From positions 114,266,001 to 114,330,000 of the forward strand of contig OX597815.1 of NCBI GenBank assembly GCA_951406725.2: DNA of 64,000 nucleotides, read 5' to 3'. The position numbers and the translations under genes are program-made. Source of the DNA: Octopus vulgaris. Lineage: Eukaryota. This document shows positions 12,771 to 25,986 of this stretch, piece by piece; within the stretch, counting starts at the first letter, position 1, and each line of letters begins with the position of its first letter. Below the pieces are notes generated by a model that did no database searches, was not told the DNA's origin, and saw only the letters and a list, made by a program, of their open reading frames with translations.

Positions 12771-13019
12771 TCATCATCATCATATATATATACACATACT
12801 TGTTTAAATAATCCATGACTAAGAAAAAACAGGTGTGCATGTATTTGTCAATAGAGTAGGTATATTAATAGAGGTTTGAAATTTTGGCTCAAGGCCAGCT
12901 ATTTTAGAGGAGGAGGCAAGTTGATTACATCGACCCCAGTGCTCAACTGGTTGCCTGGTATGCTTATGATTCTATAAGCTCACCATCTTAGTAGGTATAT
13001 TAATATTTATAAGAAACAA

Positions 13020-13216
13020 GGTGGTGAGCTGGCAGAATCATTAGCATGCTAGGCAAAATACTTTGAGGTGTTTTGTCCATCTTCACATTCTGAGTTCAAA
13101 TTCCATCAAAGCTGACTTTGCCTTTAATCATTTCAGGGTCAATAAAAGGAGTAGCAGTTGAGTTCTAGGATCAAGATAATCAACTAATTGTTGGCCTTGT
13201 GCCAAAATTTGAAACC
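13020..13216 (+). mobile_element. tRNA-headed SINE (same family as 4675-4906)
   Basis: ggtgagctggcagaatcattagc...ctgagttcaaattcc...tttgcctttaatcatttcagggtcaataaaa. Confidence 0.8.
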
Positions 13217-14982
13217 AACATTTATGTAATACAGTATTATAGATCCATTTCAGCTGATTTTGCCAATTGATTTTGTACATGAAAGTATAAGGAAACCAAT
13301 TTTGGCACTCATCAAAAGGGTTTAGTCAAGATAGGCTTTCCCTAACTCTCATGTACACAACCAATTTGTAAAATTGTCCGAAATGGATGTGTAATATTAT
13401 ATTGTATAAATATTAATTCAGATGATGATGATGATTAATTCATATACACATATGTATTAATATGCACCCCTACACATACCTACACATACACATACTCACA
13501 CATGCACATGCATATCCAACCATCCATCTATCCATCTATCTATCTATACATACACACACATATGTATGTGTGTGTGTGCATATATATATGCATATATATA
13601 CATATATATATATATAATTTACAGGATCTAATAGAATCAAGGTATTTAATAACAAAGACACCCAGGTGGAGTCTGGAATAGTGCGCCTATGCACTAGCAG
13701 AGTGTATGGACAGTCACATACTTACTGAAGTAAATATGGATTTCTCCTTCCACTTATGCGCACATTCACAAGTACTGACCAAAGCACAACTTATACATGA
13801 AGTCACATAGGAATACACTCCAGCACATATTCCACAGTCAACTGTATGCTCAAGAGCCAATGCAGGGAAGATTCTGAATGTGGTGAAGTATAAACAATAA
13901 CACAGATGGGCTGAGGTTCACTACAGGTATTTCAGATGTGTTCTACACACACACACACAGAAAGGAAGTGAAAGAAACTGCTATCAATTTTGATGAGGAT
14001 CAATTGAACTAAATTCTCACTGTGTTTGTAACTAATCGGCAGAGTGTTTCACTCTTAATGCAATCTACAGGCTGACTCAGCATGGCACAACATTCAGCAA
14101 AGTTTGTGACAAACTCAGTGCAATACAGTATTTGGTAAAACTGGACACTTGAATTACAAGTACAGTCCATGTGACAACTTCTGTTTAATTTCACTCACAA
14201 AGACTGGGTCAATCTGGGGCTATGGTAAAAAGATGCTCGCTCAAAGTGCCACAATGGAGGTCTGAATCAGGATCTCTTGCATAAAAGATGCTTGCTCAAA
14301 TTTCCTCAATGTGGGACTGGAATCATGATCTCTTGCAGAGTATAGAACTGACTAAGGAATAAGCATTGATGTTCAGAGAATACACACTCTAATATGTGCA
14401 CACACACAAGCATGCATGCACACACACACACACACGCACGCACACAAATGCACACACACTCTCTCTCTCTCTCACACACACACACATTTGATAGAGAGAG
14501 GAGAAAGAGAGTGAAAGATATTTATAAAATCAACTTGAGAGAGAGGGGGAGAAAGGTGGGAGAGAAAGAAAGAGGAGAGAGAGGGAGGAGAAAATTAGAT
14601 GTAGAATGAAAGAATGTTTGTGAGAGGAATGTATGTGATGTTGAGGAGAATCAATGGCTTCGTGAATGGTATTGAGAAAGTAATTAATTTGACAGAGGAT
14701 AGTATAAACATATACTTAAAAATACAGATACGCATTCACATGTGCAGACACAGAAGCAAAACATCAACATAAACAACCCTCCCTTACACACAACCCTCTC
14801 ACACACACGCATAAACACACACAGCAAAACACATAACGTCTCAGCCCACATATACACATGCACAGACATATGCAAACATTCATGCCCAGTACATATACAT
14901 ATACACAAATGTACATACACTTACACAACTAACCATGTGTATACATAAACACAGACACACTTACATATATACACACACAGAC

Positions 14983-15013
<31 letters not shown>

Positions 15014-16531
15014 TGTATGTATATGTGTGTGTGTGTGTGTGTGTATACGCAGACATATATACACATGCACATACACAATGTCAAAGATGAAAATTTTGCT
15101 TTGAATTAATTTCAGTTTTTCTTTTTATTGCTTTCTTTTCTGTTGTTTTGTGACTTGAAATTTCAAATGGATAAAAACATGTTTTTCATGAACTAAAACT
15201 GAGATAGTGGAGAAGAAACAAATAAAAAAAAAAACAAAAAGAAAAAACAACAACGGCAACAACAACAACAATACCTAAGTTGAAATTCAAACTTACATGG
15301 AAAACAAAATTTACCACAATAATAAAATAATGAAATAAAAATAAATTAAAACAAGACAAAACAAAAAATAATTTCGACATTTATTGAACTTTCAGTTTCA
15401 GAAGATTTTGACCTGATTTCAATTTATGAGAACATTGAGTTTGAAAATTCATAAAGCCATGCTCAATCCTAGTAAAGAAAAGCAATTAAGCAGTGTTTGA
15501 CATAATGGCTTTTCTATGTTTTGTTAAGTGATGATGATGGTGGTGCTGTTTGAAGAGATTAAACAGAATCCGGATTTAAAATCAAAGCATTATGTCAGTA
15601 TTCAGCCTGTTAAAAATATATGGTGGGTGTGTTTCTTTTGCACCCATCCTACATCAGATGTCACAACCTTCATATCCTGTTATGTCTTAAATCAGATTTT
15701 CTGATATTTACTTGAAACATTGCAATGCTCCTTTATGTTTATCATTTTCTAAGTCTTAGATTATTTACTTCAGCGTTTTGTACTAAGTTTAACGTTTTTC
15801 TTTTTTATTTTTCTTTAAAACATTTCATGTTTCTCTCGTTTCATATCGTTTCCTTCTTGCTGTTGACACTGCAGCTGGTTTGTAAATTCCAAGCTGTATG
15901 ACACAATCAAATATAATGTCATTAGATTATTGTACAAATATGCACTAGATGATGTAGTGCTTCCAATTATTTTTTGAGTGTCTAGCTGAATATACATTTG
16001 CTACATAAATCAAAGGCCTCAGAATTGCCTTCGAAACGTGAAGTAGATGAAAAAGGGACAATTGATGAAGGGGACTATTCTTTATGTTGCATGTCTCGTG
16101 TCTCTGTTTGTGTTTTTCGTTGTTCGAAAAAAAGTTCGTTTTGTATGTTTTTGTTTTTATGTTTTCATTTCTCGTTGTGTTCAACGTTTTTTTTTTTGAT
16201 GTCCTGTACCCATATATTCACGTATATATACATATATATATGTAGGTATGTATATATATGTATGTATATATGCATATATTTATATATTATTTATATTATA
16301 TATGTATGTATGTATGTATTCAGTAACTGTTTGATATTGATGTATTTTTACTAAAAAAAACCAGCGATTTAAATGATGTGGAATGGTCCTTTTGAAAGAT
16401 CAAAACTGAGCCTGAAACTCTTTGGATTTGCTGACTAAAATGTTAAGCAACATCTCAAACTCTACAAAATTTTTGACTAACATATCTAAGAAACAAAAAA
16501 AAACATATTATGCACGAGAAAAAGTTTGATT

Positions 16532-16580
<49 letters not shown>

Positions 16581-17675
16581 ATCGTGAAATACAAATTAAA
16601 ACAGAATAATATCAAGGGTGAAATCATATGCGGATAACCACAAGCCATGCAATTTATGCACTCTAGAAAGGTGAAAAATACTTTCCTAAAAATGTGATCG
16701 TAAATAAACCCCGTGAAAAAGTAAATTGCCAGCACAAAATAAAAGTAAACTTGTTTTAAATCACATATGTAGCCCCTAGGTCCTATATTTTCACCTGCTT
16801 TTATATATTTCTACTTTTTATGTGTATATATTTCTCTCTACTTTGCATATATTATGTTATTTTTATTTATATATGTATCATTCTTTGTGTAACTACTAGC
16901 AAAAACTTGAAAATGCAGATGTGCGAGTGAATAATGCTTATATGGTCAAATGAATGATTTGATCAAATCTCCAAAAGTTCTTAAATCCTGACATTTGAAA
17001 GAGTGAGAATCAAAAAATGAATGTACATATCCAGGCGTGGATGAAACGATGTGACTACAGATGCGTAGATATGAATAATTATATATCCAACTCACAAACA
17101 TTTATTATATCTTGTTGACAACATATAATCACCAAAAGGTTAAAATTTAAAACTCTGAAGTAAACAAAGCAGTTTTACAATCACTCTCCATCAAATACAA
17201 TTCATGAAAAATTGAACTCAAATACACAATACCTACTAAAATATAAATATGACTTACAAACTCAAAAGGAAATAAAAATGCGATTATTTGAATATAGAGA
17301 ATTTGAAGTGAAAGTAAATATCTCCAAATATACGAACTTTGATTCGTAACATTATGTTTAGTAATAGAAGTTTATAAAATGACCACCACACATATAACAT
17401 CTCTTGACAATATTCTCATTAATCAATAACTGTCATTTGAACCCCACTAAAAATAACTGACTAATGCTGCTTCTTGACTTTTTAAAATATGCACATCTAG
17501 ATAACAATGACAGGTATTCAACACAGTTTAATCATTATTTATACTTTGCCAAAACATCACTTCCCTTGTCCACTTACCTATAACACACATATTATAGGTA
17601 ATATTTACTGCAAACTATTTGACAGATGAGCTTGTAACAGTGAAACCAGCAGCGCTCTTGAAGCAATGAATTACT

Positions 17676-17751
<76 letters not shown>

Positions 17752-17979
17752 TACATATTAACATGCATACATTAGTTTAGTTAGTGCTAACACATTTAAT
17801 GCAGGAAGCTTCAAGATGCTGAAAATAATTATGTAGCGAGGAAAATATGATAGTATTAGACATTGATTAATATTATTTTGCTACCGCAGGAAACTCAAAC
17901 GTTTTGATTTTATGACCATCTTCAATGACTCACGGACTTTCATCATACATGTCAAAATAGTGATGTTAAATATGTATAC

Positions 17980-18829
17980 ATGCGGGTGTGCCTACACACA
18001 CACGAAGTATTCGAGTTAAATTTGACAGTTTGCATAAAAGGAAAAGAAAACTCGGTATCCCATCCTAAAAATAAAAGTATTTTAAATAAAAAAATAGCAA
18101 CTAGATTATGGATGGGGGATAACAGATTACTCAAAGTAGCTGCCCTCAGCTTCCACCACGGCTTCAAGACAGCTCAGGAACCTGACGAATGTATTTCTCA
18201 CTGTGTTCCTGGGAAGATCATCGAACATCTGGTTGATCTTGGCCGCCAGCTCGGCCTTGATGTGGCAGATAAAGCGGTTGGTGTCTTTCCCAATTGCACC
18301 ACATACGTGGTAATTCATGAAATTACATTTGGGAAAATTCGGAGGCCAGACTCTTTCTGAAAGTATGGCAAGGAGCCAAATCCAGTTATAACACGTAGTA
18401 TGGCCTTCTAGCAGCAACCCTCTCCAGCCATGGACTGATTAGACTCCAGCAGTTTCACATAACCATCTGGACTGAGCCTAAAGCCTGTTGTGTCCCTTCC
18501 TGCTGGCCATGGCTTCATAGTCTCCATTGCAGCTGTTTATGTTACGTTTTATAGCATTTACAGTGTTCACAGAACACTGAGCTCCTGTCATGATGTCGGT
18601 ATTTTGACACCTGGTGCGAATCATCATGTTACAAGTAACTCTTCTCCAATATTCAAATGGCTTCCTGTCCTCCACTTCAGCTATTTTTTTCCAAGCTACA
18701 ATTTTAATCTTTATGCTATCCAAAGCCGTTGACTGTTCACCAATACATAAAGCTGTTCCTGAAATAAGGGGACAAAAATCGAATAATTCCATGCAAAACA
18801 CGACTTCAAACTATGGAAGCAGTCCTTGT
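17980..18829 (-). mobile_element. Internally deleted Tc1/mariner-superfamily (maT/DD37D-like) transposon fossil
   Basis: ORF 18127..18417 has VWPPNFPKCNFMNYHVCG (degenerate WPPxSPDLNPxDY) and the C-terminal CLEAVVEAEGSYFE. N-terminal HTH-like remnant at 18478-18680. Termini approximate. Confidence 0.75.
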
Positions 18830-19318
18830 ATTTCAACAAATCCCAACAACATATGTAGAATGCCTTTAAGGTTTGTCATTACAACACTTCTTCATTCCTG
18901 ACAATGTCAATAGTAATCACGCTAAGCTATGTGTCTGCCATCTATATGCCAAGTATATAAAATCGATCTGGCAAAATTTATACAAGATCAATATCAGCAA
19001 AGCAATTTGTAAGAAAACAAGAAATTTTTATAAAAATGAAAAACAGTTCAAAAGTATTACGGTGTTATGTTTTGAATCAAATATACTTGACAGAAAATCA
19101 CGCACACACATTCTCCTGAAAGGAAAACGCTCTGCAGTACATTTAGCACATAATTGTAGAAATTTTCTAACAGCTCAGGGAACTTCTTTTACTTTACACT
19201 GTTAGAAATATTCAACAAAATCATTAACAACATCTAAGTTTCCTTTGCAATATAATACGCGTACTTATGTGTAAAATTTCTGTTTTAGATATCAACAGTT
19301 GAAGAAATAAAGCCCAAC

Positions 19319-19517
19319 CTTTGTAAAATAATCTTTAGTTGTTCATGTGAAACCAGTTTCACCGGATCTGTCTTTTCCTGAAGACGTTTGTCTAAATGTG
19401 TTGGTTCATATAGCCGCCACCATGTAGTGTTTTCCGATGTTAGAGGAACTTGAATGTCTTCTAGGGTTGTATCTGACAAGCAATAACATGGTTTGTAGTT
19501 GAACTTTCCTCTCCAGT
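19319..19517 (-). CDS. Putative internal coding exon
   Basis: Acceptor tttttattattccag|, donor aag|gttggg. 199 nt, phase 1 to 2, open: WRGKFNYKPCYCLSDTTLEDIQVPLTSENTTWWRLYEPTHLDKRLQEKTDPVKLVSHEQLKIILQ. Joins the 12489 exon in frame. Confidence 0.68.
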
Positions 19518-21016
19518 CTGGAATAATAAAAATATTATATTGTGTAAATTAAGAAACTTTCACAAATTAACATGATGCAAATGCAATTGACTGATTCGAT
19601 AGAGCTCGTAGTTTGAATGTGGGCCCTCTGTCACTGCCTTGTGTTCATCACCATGGCATTTGGATTAAAAGAGTTCTGTTTGAAATGATAAAGTTCACAT
19701 CTACAAGTGGCACTCACGCTTTACCTTATTTTACAAATGTTATTTAAGTCTCAAAGACCGAGTTTTCTTAACTAAAAGATATTTCATCACACATTCTGTG
19801 ACTCATCATTAACTCCCTGCCCCATGTGACAAAATGGACAGAGTCACTCACGAGGTCACAGAATGTGTGACAGATCTGAAAGAGTTTGTTGAGTATAACT
19901 GACAAGAGTGGAAAAAGCTGAGCTTTGGGGTTATAATGTCTCGACGGAGTGCCTAAGATTCTGAATTTTTCCTGAATTCTAAATATGTATAGCTTATTCT
20001 GTAACCAGTAGCAATGTTGTGAAATTACTTGTGATAGAATACGAACTGACAACTTTTCAGTCTCAGTTGTTTGTCCATTAATCTATTCAGCTCGAGCAGC
20101 AAATGACTGCACAACGATCATAGTTATTATGTCCGTCTTAGCGAAGGCGGGGAGGTATTGCTTTATCTTATGTTTTCTTTAATAATAAACTCCCACCAAG
20201 TCAAAAACGACTTTTGATGATGCTGTAGAATAAACATATGTACTACATCTACTGACTTTTTCAAGCAGGGACGAATCATTTAGATTCATGAATCCAGGAT
20301 AAACTGACGCATGTAGTCTAAATGATCACTGTAGATTAGAACTAGCGTATCCTCAACTGGATGTGGACTATCACATATTTTCTTTATCTATATTGCTGAT
20401 ATTCGTAAATCAGTACATTGCCTCACACTCACATATAAGGAGGAAAATTTTTTTCGTTATTCCTTTCCCTGGTGTTCAAGTCTCCAGACATGGAGAAATT
20501 GCATGCCCTTCCGGTTAATAAAAGGTGGTGGGGATGATATTCACAGCCGATTCAGTCGATTGTCGGATCGTCTTACACGCGCTAACAGCTGTTCGACATA
20601 TTACATGCATTATATATGTATAAAGAGTAGGTGCAACCACTGTGTAGTTTTTGACGGAATTACATACAGTTGTGTTATAATCACGTAAGAGTGACTAGCA
20701 GGTCAAATTAATTATCAACATCAAACGCGAGAATGATAAACATACGCTATTATTTTTTTTATATCGATTATTGAAAAATGTCAACTGATTAAACAAATTT
20801 GTAAGTTTATCGTTATATAATTATGCTTCAATATCCATTAGATTTAATCACACCGCTTTTTTTATGTATTACCGTTTCATGATGTATTCTACACCAGGCT
20901 GTCGATAGACGACGGTTTTAGCCGAATATCTGAAGGAAGACTGCTAGTTCTTCGTTCAACCTTTCTCTATCTCAAGAGTATTCTTCTAAGAATTTTCTTG
21001 CAATCCAAATTAACCA

Positions 21017-21217
21017 CTTCCTTCCTTCCTCCCTCCCTCCCTACCTACCTACCTACCTACCAACCTACCTACCTACCTACCTACCTACCTACCTACCTAC
21101 CTACCTACCTACCTACCTACCTACCTACCTACCTACCTACCTACCTACCTACCTACCTACCTACCTACTTACCTACCTACCTACCTACATACATACATAC
21201 ATACATACATACATACA

Positions 21218-21249
<32 letters not shown>
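21017..21249. repeat. Compound tetranucleotide microsatellite (CCTT)(CCTC)(CCTA)n(CATA)n
   Basis: Directly visible; explains the spurious [11 protein letters not shown]. Confidence 0.97.
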
Positions 21250-21975
21250 CAGGGTGGGTGGAAAGTAATTAGGCATTAGAAATTGCTTATAGAATTTTTA
21301 GTATCACTAAAGTCATGACAAAACCATTTTTAAAACAGGCAACACTAATGGGGGATTTCCCATTTTCTTATTGTCTTATTTCATATTTCTTATCTTCCAG
21401 ATAGCTCGTCGCTTGACTGTTCAGGATCGAGCTGAGATGAAGTGTGGAATTCCATTGTTTTGGGTCAGCCCGCAAAAATCAACACGTCAAGCAGCTCGTG
21501 AAAGTGGACTAACAAGACACTCAATACGTACGGTGTAGCATAAAGAATTGAATTTTCGTTCATGGAAACCCCCATTACGTGCAGGAGCTAAAAAATCTGA
21601 AGACTGTGAGTGCTGATGTCCAGAAGTCCAGAACTCCCAAGAAGTCCAGATCTCATTCTATGTGATTTTTACCTGTGGGGTCACACAAAAGAAGAGATGT
21701 ACGAGACAAAACCTCGCACACTGGAAGACTTGGAGATACGGATTCAGGAGGTTCTCAACGATATCTCAGACGACGCCCTTCAGAAAGTTGTTCATTCCAT
21801 CCCTGGCCGTTTGAGGAAACTGGTTGACGCCACCAGTGCTTACGCTGAAATATGAAGATTTACTTTCATTTTCTCACGTAATAAAGAACATGCATCATTT
21901 GTTTCAATCAATTTGTAAAAGGAATGTGGATTTTATTACCAATTTTTAATGCCTACTTACTTTTCATCCACCCTA
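21250..21975 (+). mobile_element. Internally deleted Tc1/mariner-superfamily transposon
   Basis: TIRs cagggtgggtggaaagtaattaggcatt / aatgcctacttacttttcatccaccct after TA. ORF 21610..21855 has PRSPDLILCDFYLWG..KPRTLEDL. Confidence 0.85.
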
Positions 21976-22417
21976 TGTGTGTGTATATATATATGTATGT
22001 GTGTGTATGTATATATATATATATATAGGGAGAGAGAGAGAGATAGCAATATTTAACTGGTATTTAAATTATCGACTCTGGAAGGATGAAAATTAAAGCT
22101 GACCTCAGTGGGACTAGAATTCAGATTGTAGAGCAAAGAATTATGTCCAATCTTCTAATGACCTTGAGAATTTCTCTTCTTTTCTATGAAGTGTTTTTAT
22201 ATTTATGTATCATGGTGTTGCTTATTGTATTTCCGTAACATTTGCTTTGGATCTTTATAAATTTTGCTAATCTAAAAAGTTTCACTAATTTGGACTTCTT
22301 TCAAAACATGTTACTAAATCCTAACTTAAAATTTTACTAATTTTTACATGTAATTTGCAAGTTTAGTTACAGTTGCTATGTTTTTTCCATTTATATACTA
22401 ACTGGTTTTTTCTGTTT

Positions 22418-22466
<49 letters not shown>

Positions 22467-22782
22467 ATATGGTTTACAAATTACATTTCAATTTTTTTCG
22501 TAATTATAAGGGTACTTTACTTTTAGGAATTAAACACATCCTTTGGGAATGAATTTGCAGTATCATTTTCGTATTGATGCCTTGAAATTGAACATATTTT
22601 TTAAGTTCTAAAGAAGTAACGTTCACTTCAAAGATTACTACATCTTGGCGGCATTCTTGTCAAGTTTAGTAGTTATACAACCTTAATGTTGACTAATTGT
22701 TGCCAGATAGGGCCTCTATAGGATCACTTATCATAAGACCTTTCTATGCCTAAATCTAGCACTGCTAGCTCATTTCACATAC

Positions 22783-22886
22783 AACGAGAAATATGTTTTC
22801 TCTCACTCGATATTTTGTCGGTTTCATAGGCACTTTCCTATGTTTTCTGATCGTAAGACATTCGAAGAAATCGTTCGTTGTATTAG
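22783..22886 (-). CDS. Candidate coding exon
   Basis: Acceptor tttatttttaaatttctag|, donor |gtatgt. 104 nt, phase 1 to 0, open: NTTNDFFECLTIRKHRKVPMKPTKYRVRENIFLV. No direct phase link to neighbours established. Confidence 0.35.
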
Positions 22887-23613
22887 CTAGAAATTTAAAA
22901 ATAAACAAAGGTGAAATCTGGTCTAATCATTTTAAATTATAAAGCCTGTTGTTTAATTATTAGCACAAAAAATACTACGTTTTTAATAGGAGAAAAATGA
23001 CAAAAGGAATACTTGGGTGAACTCTAAGGATTCTTTAAATTTGAACATTATTGCAAACTAGTAATTATAACATCTAGTGTTGTCAGGCAATTTACTTTTG
23101 AATATTATTATTGCTAATAATAATTTTTCTACTAAAGGTACAAGACCTCAAATTTTCTGGAGAGGCGTTAGTCAATTACATTGACAATCCATCCATTCCA
23201 AAAGAATGAAAGCCTAAGTCGATCTCGGTGGAATCTGAACTAAAGAACGTAAAGAACCAACAGAAATGATAATAAAATAAAATTAATAGCAGTAATATAT
23301 ACATACACATAAAATACAGAAACGCACACATAACAAAATGTATTTGTGTTTACATCAAACACTCCTTACCCGTAAGCTGTAAAACACTAATAAATAAACA
23401 AATAAATGAAGTTTCTATATTAATACTCCAGGCTAATGTTGAAGATTCCCATTTAATAAAAAAAGAAAAGAAGCAAAAAATCTGAATCAGTTACTTACTT
23501 TCAACTTCTCCAATTAATTTTGTGTCATGGCAGAGATGTCCTTTATTTAGAAATAAATTGATAAGACTTGGAATGTGATTGACCTGGGGGGAGAAATAGA
23601 TATAGAATATATG

Positions 23614-23696
<83 letters not shown>

Positions 23697-23698
<2 letters not shown>

Positions 23699-23843
23699 AC
23701 ATGGTTTTGTGGTGAAGATATTCGTTTTCCAACTACGTGGTTTCAGGCTCAGTCCCACTGCGTGGCACCTTGGCTAATAGACTTCTACTATAGCTTCTCC
23801 CCAACCCGCCGCCCAAAGCTTTGTGAGTGGATCTGGTAGACGG
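23697..23843 (+). mobile_element. SINE of a second family (CORE-like gtggcaccttgg...cttctactatagc domain)
   Basis: cagtcccactgcgtggcaccttgg...cttctactatagc...ttgtgagtggatctggtagacgga. Paralogues at ~45735-45890 and ~52755-52820 on the minus strand. Confidence 0.75.
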
Positions 23844-23845
23844 AT

Positions 23846-24120
23846 ATATATATTATATAAAATCGTTCTGTCTGTCTGTCTGTCTGTCTATCTTCTAGGA
23901 TCTCGGTCACCCTCCATCCAATTGCGCTCAAATTTGATATGTAGATACTGACGTTAACAGGGCGTGTATAAGTCTTGAAAAAATTCAAAAATCGATTCCA
24001 GGAGAGAATGCGATCGATAAAGCCGTGGGAACGTGCATTTGTACGCGCAAGTACATCAGCTGTTGCGATCGATACTACGCGTACACGAGAAAAATGCACG
24101 TGCAGTTTGCGCAAATAAAA
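23846..24120 (+). mobile_element. Helitron-like 5' fragment
   Basis: tatattatataaaa followed by (CTGT)n and ...ccaattgcgctcaaatttg, an arrangement typical of non-autonomous Helitron 5' ends. No 3' hairpin-CTAG found. Confidence 0.45.
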
Positions 24121-24372
24121 AGCCGGCTGGCTTGAAATAATGCCACAAAATATATTTAAGAGACCAAAAAAGTAAGATGCAAAAGAGATATTTTCTTCAA
24201 ACTTGGCATGAAGGAAGGAAAGACTATTTGGTTTCTCAAGAATTTTATTTTTTTGCCTTAACTTCGTTTAACAAAACTAAAAATTTTATTGAAATAAAGG
24301 CATGCTTAATTATTTTTTTAATGAAAAGAAAACACTGATTGCAGATATGATTCAGCACCGTCCATTGTTTTG

Positions 24373-24430
<58 letters not shown>

Positions 24431-24613
24431 CAATAAAGGGTTTAGCAACGAATTGCCTTACCACAGACCGAATTTAGAAATAGCAGTCAAAGAGTTATAG
24501 CTATTTCTTCTACTAAAAAGGAGATCTCAGTAAAAAACACAGCAATTGGAAGGCAGACACAAACAGGTAAGAGAGAATGAATTGACGGCAATCTATCATA
24601 CAATTTTAAGTTA

Positions 24614-24713
24614 TCTACGGACGCACGTTTCGAAATCAAGTTTTTAGGAAAGCATAAGAATTAAGTATCAAATAATTCTACCTTACCCAAACTTCTTTTC
24701 TCTTCAGCGTAGA
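24614..24713 (-). ncRNA. Type I hammerhead ribozyme with intact core and extended stem II
   Basis: Minus strand: tctacg-CTGAAGA-gaaa[~60 nt with aagttt/aaactt and agaatt/aattct pairings]tttc-GAAA-cgtgcg-TC-cgtaga. Perfect 6-bp stem I and GUC cleavage triplet. Confidence 0.82.
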
Positions 24714-24816
24714 ATACTATAATCATAAATGATTATATATTGAATTTTGAGATACTAGAAGGCGTATGTATGTATGTATGTATGTATGTATGTATGTATG
24801 TATGTATGTATGTATG

Positions 24817-24875
<59 letters not shown>

Positions 24876-24959
24876 AACGGTACAAATCAATGAAAAATTT
24901 CTATTTGAGAAATTTTATAAAATCAAGTAAAGCTTTTTGAAGAAGAGATATATATGATT

Positions 24960-25347
24960 TTATTCATTAATGATCTTTTTCTTCTCCAAAAAACAAATAT
25001 AGCCTAACATTTTTCTATTAAATGAATCGCAGTGTCCACTATATTGAATTTGTTTGAAATTAAATCTTTTAATTCATTTTCAATTCATGCATTAGAACGA
25101 AAAGACCAAATTTTTCCAAACACAAAATAGCATTTTCAATTGGATTTAAGAAAGGTTAATAAGGGGGTAGGCAAATTAAATTTAGATTTAGCTCGTTTAT
25201 TGCTGAGCTTAATCTACCGTAGTGATGAATTTTTGCATTATCTAGAATAAATACAGGTGTAAAAATTCCTTTATCATCACAAGATCTTTTCAACTCAGTT
25301 AAACATTCTTTAAACATTCCCATTAACAGAACAGTTGTGAATCTTAT

Positions 25348-25350
<3 letters not shown>
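24960..25350 (-). mobile_element. Tc1/IS630-like (DDxE) transposase C-terminal fossil
   Basis: VFILDNAKIHH...LPPY*PFLNPIEN matches the DNAxxH and PYSPxLNPIE motifs. Confidence 0.8.
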
Positions 25351-25395
<45 letters not shown>

Positions 25396-25605
25396 CTTAG
25401 ATTCACAACTTTTTTCATTCAAAAAATCTTTAAGTGATATAATATTGATATAGCGGTAAAATTCCTGATTATAAGGGTACATAATATAAATATTTGGGTT
25501 CAAGATATTTTATTTAGAAATATGTATAAAAAAAATTCTGAAGTTGATCAGAAATCTAATTGAACGGTACAAAACTAATATTGGTTAGTGCAAATCTAAA
25601 GCTGG

Positions 25606-25646
<41 letters not shown>

Positions 25647-25911
25647 CGTCTACAAGCTATGTGTGTGTGTGTGAGTGGCTTCGTATATTCACCGATTTTT
25701 AAACAATGGTTTCGTGGCGCTGTCATTTGTTTACAGTTCACCTCAAAAGCATATTTGGGCTGTTTGTTTTTTCAATAAACTTCGTAATTATTGCCTCACA
25801 TAAAAACAAGTGAGGGATGGAGACAGTACAGGCATCCAGCCGTAGAAAAATTTGCTCCAACGTACTTTTGTCTAACTCATTCAATAATGGAAAAGTAAAC
25901 GTCAAAGCAAT

Positions 25912-25986
<75 letters not shown>

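Noticed and set aside
14009-14194. Cys-rich 61-aa ORF inside the predicted intron
   Set aside because: No recognisable motif, and its apparent donor phase does not fit the next exon.
15860-15910. Possible pre-miRNA hairpin (tgcagct...agctgta)
   Set aside because: The stem is short and I recognise no known mature miRNA.
17893-17932. Minus-strand ttgaaga-tggt..atca-aaacg-tt, a possible hammerhead relic
   Set aside because: Two core positions are missing and the stems are too short to distinguish from chance.
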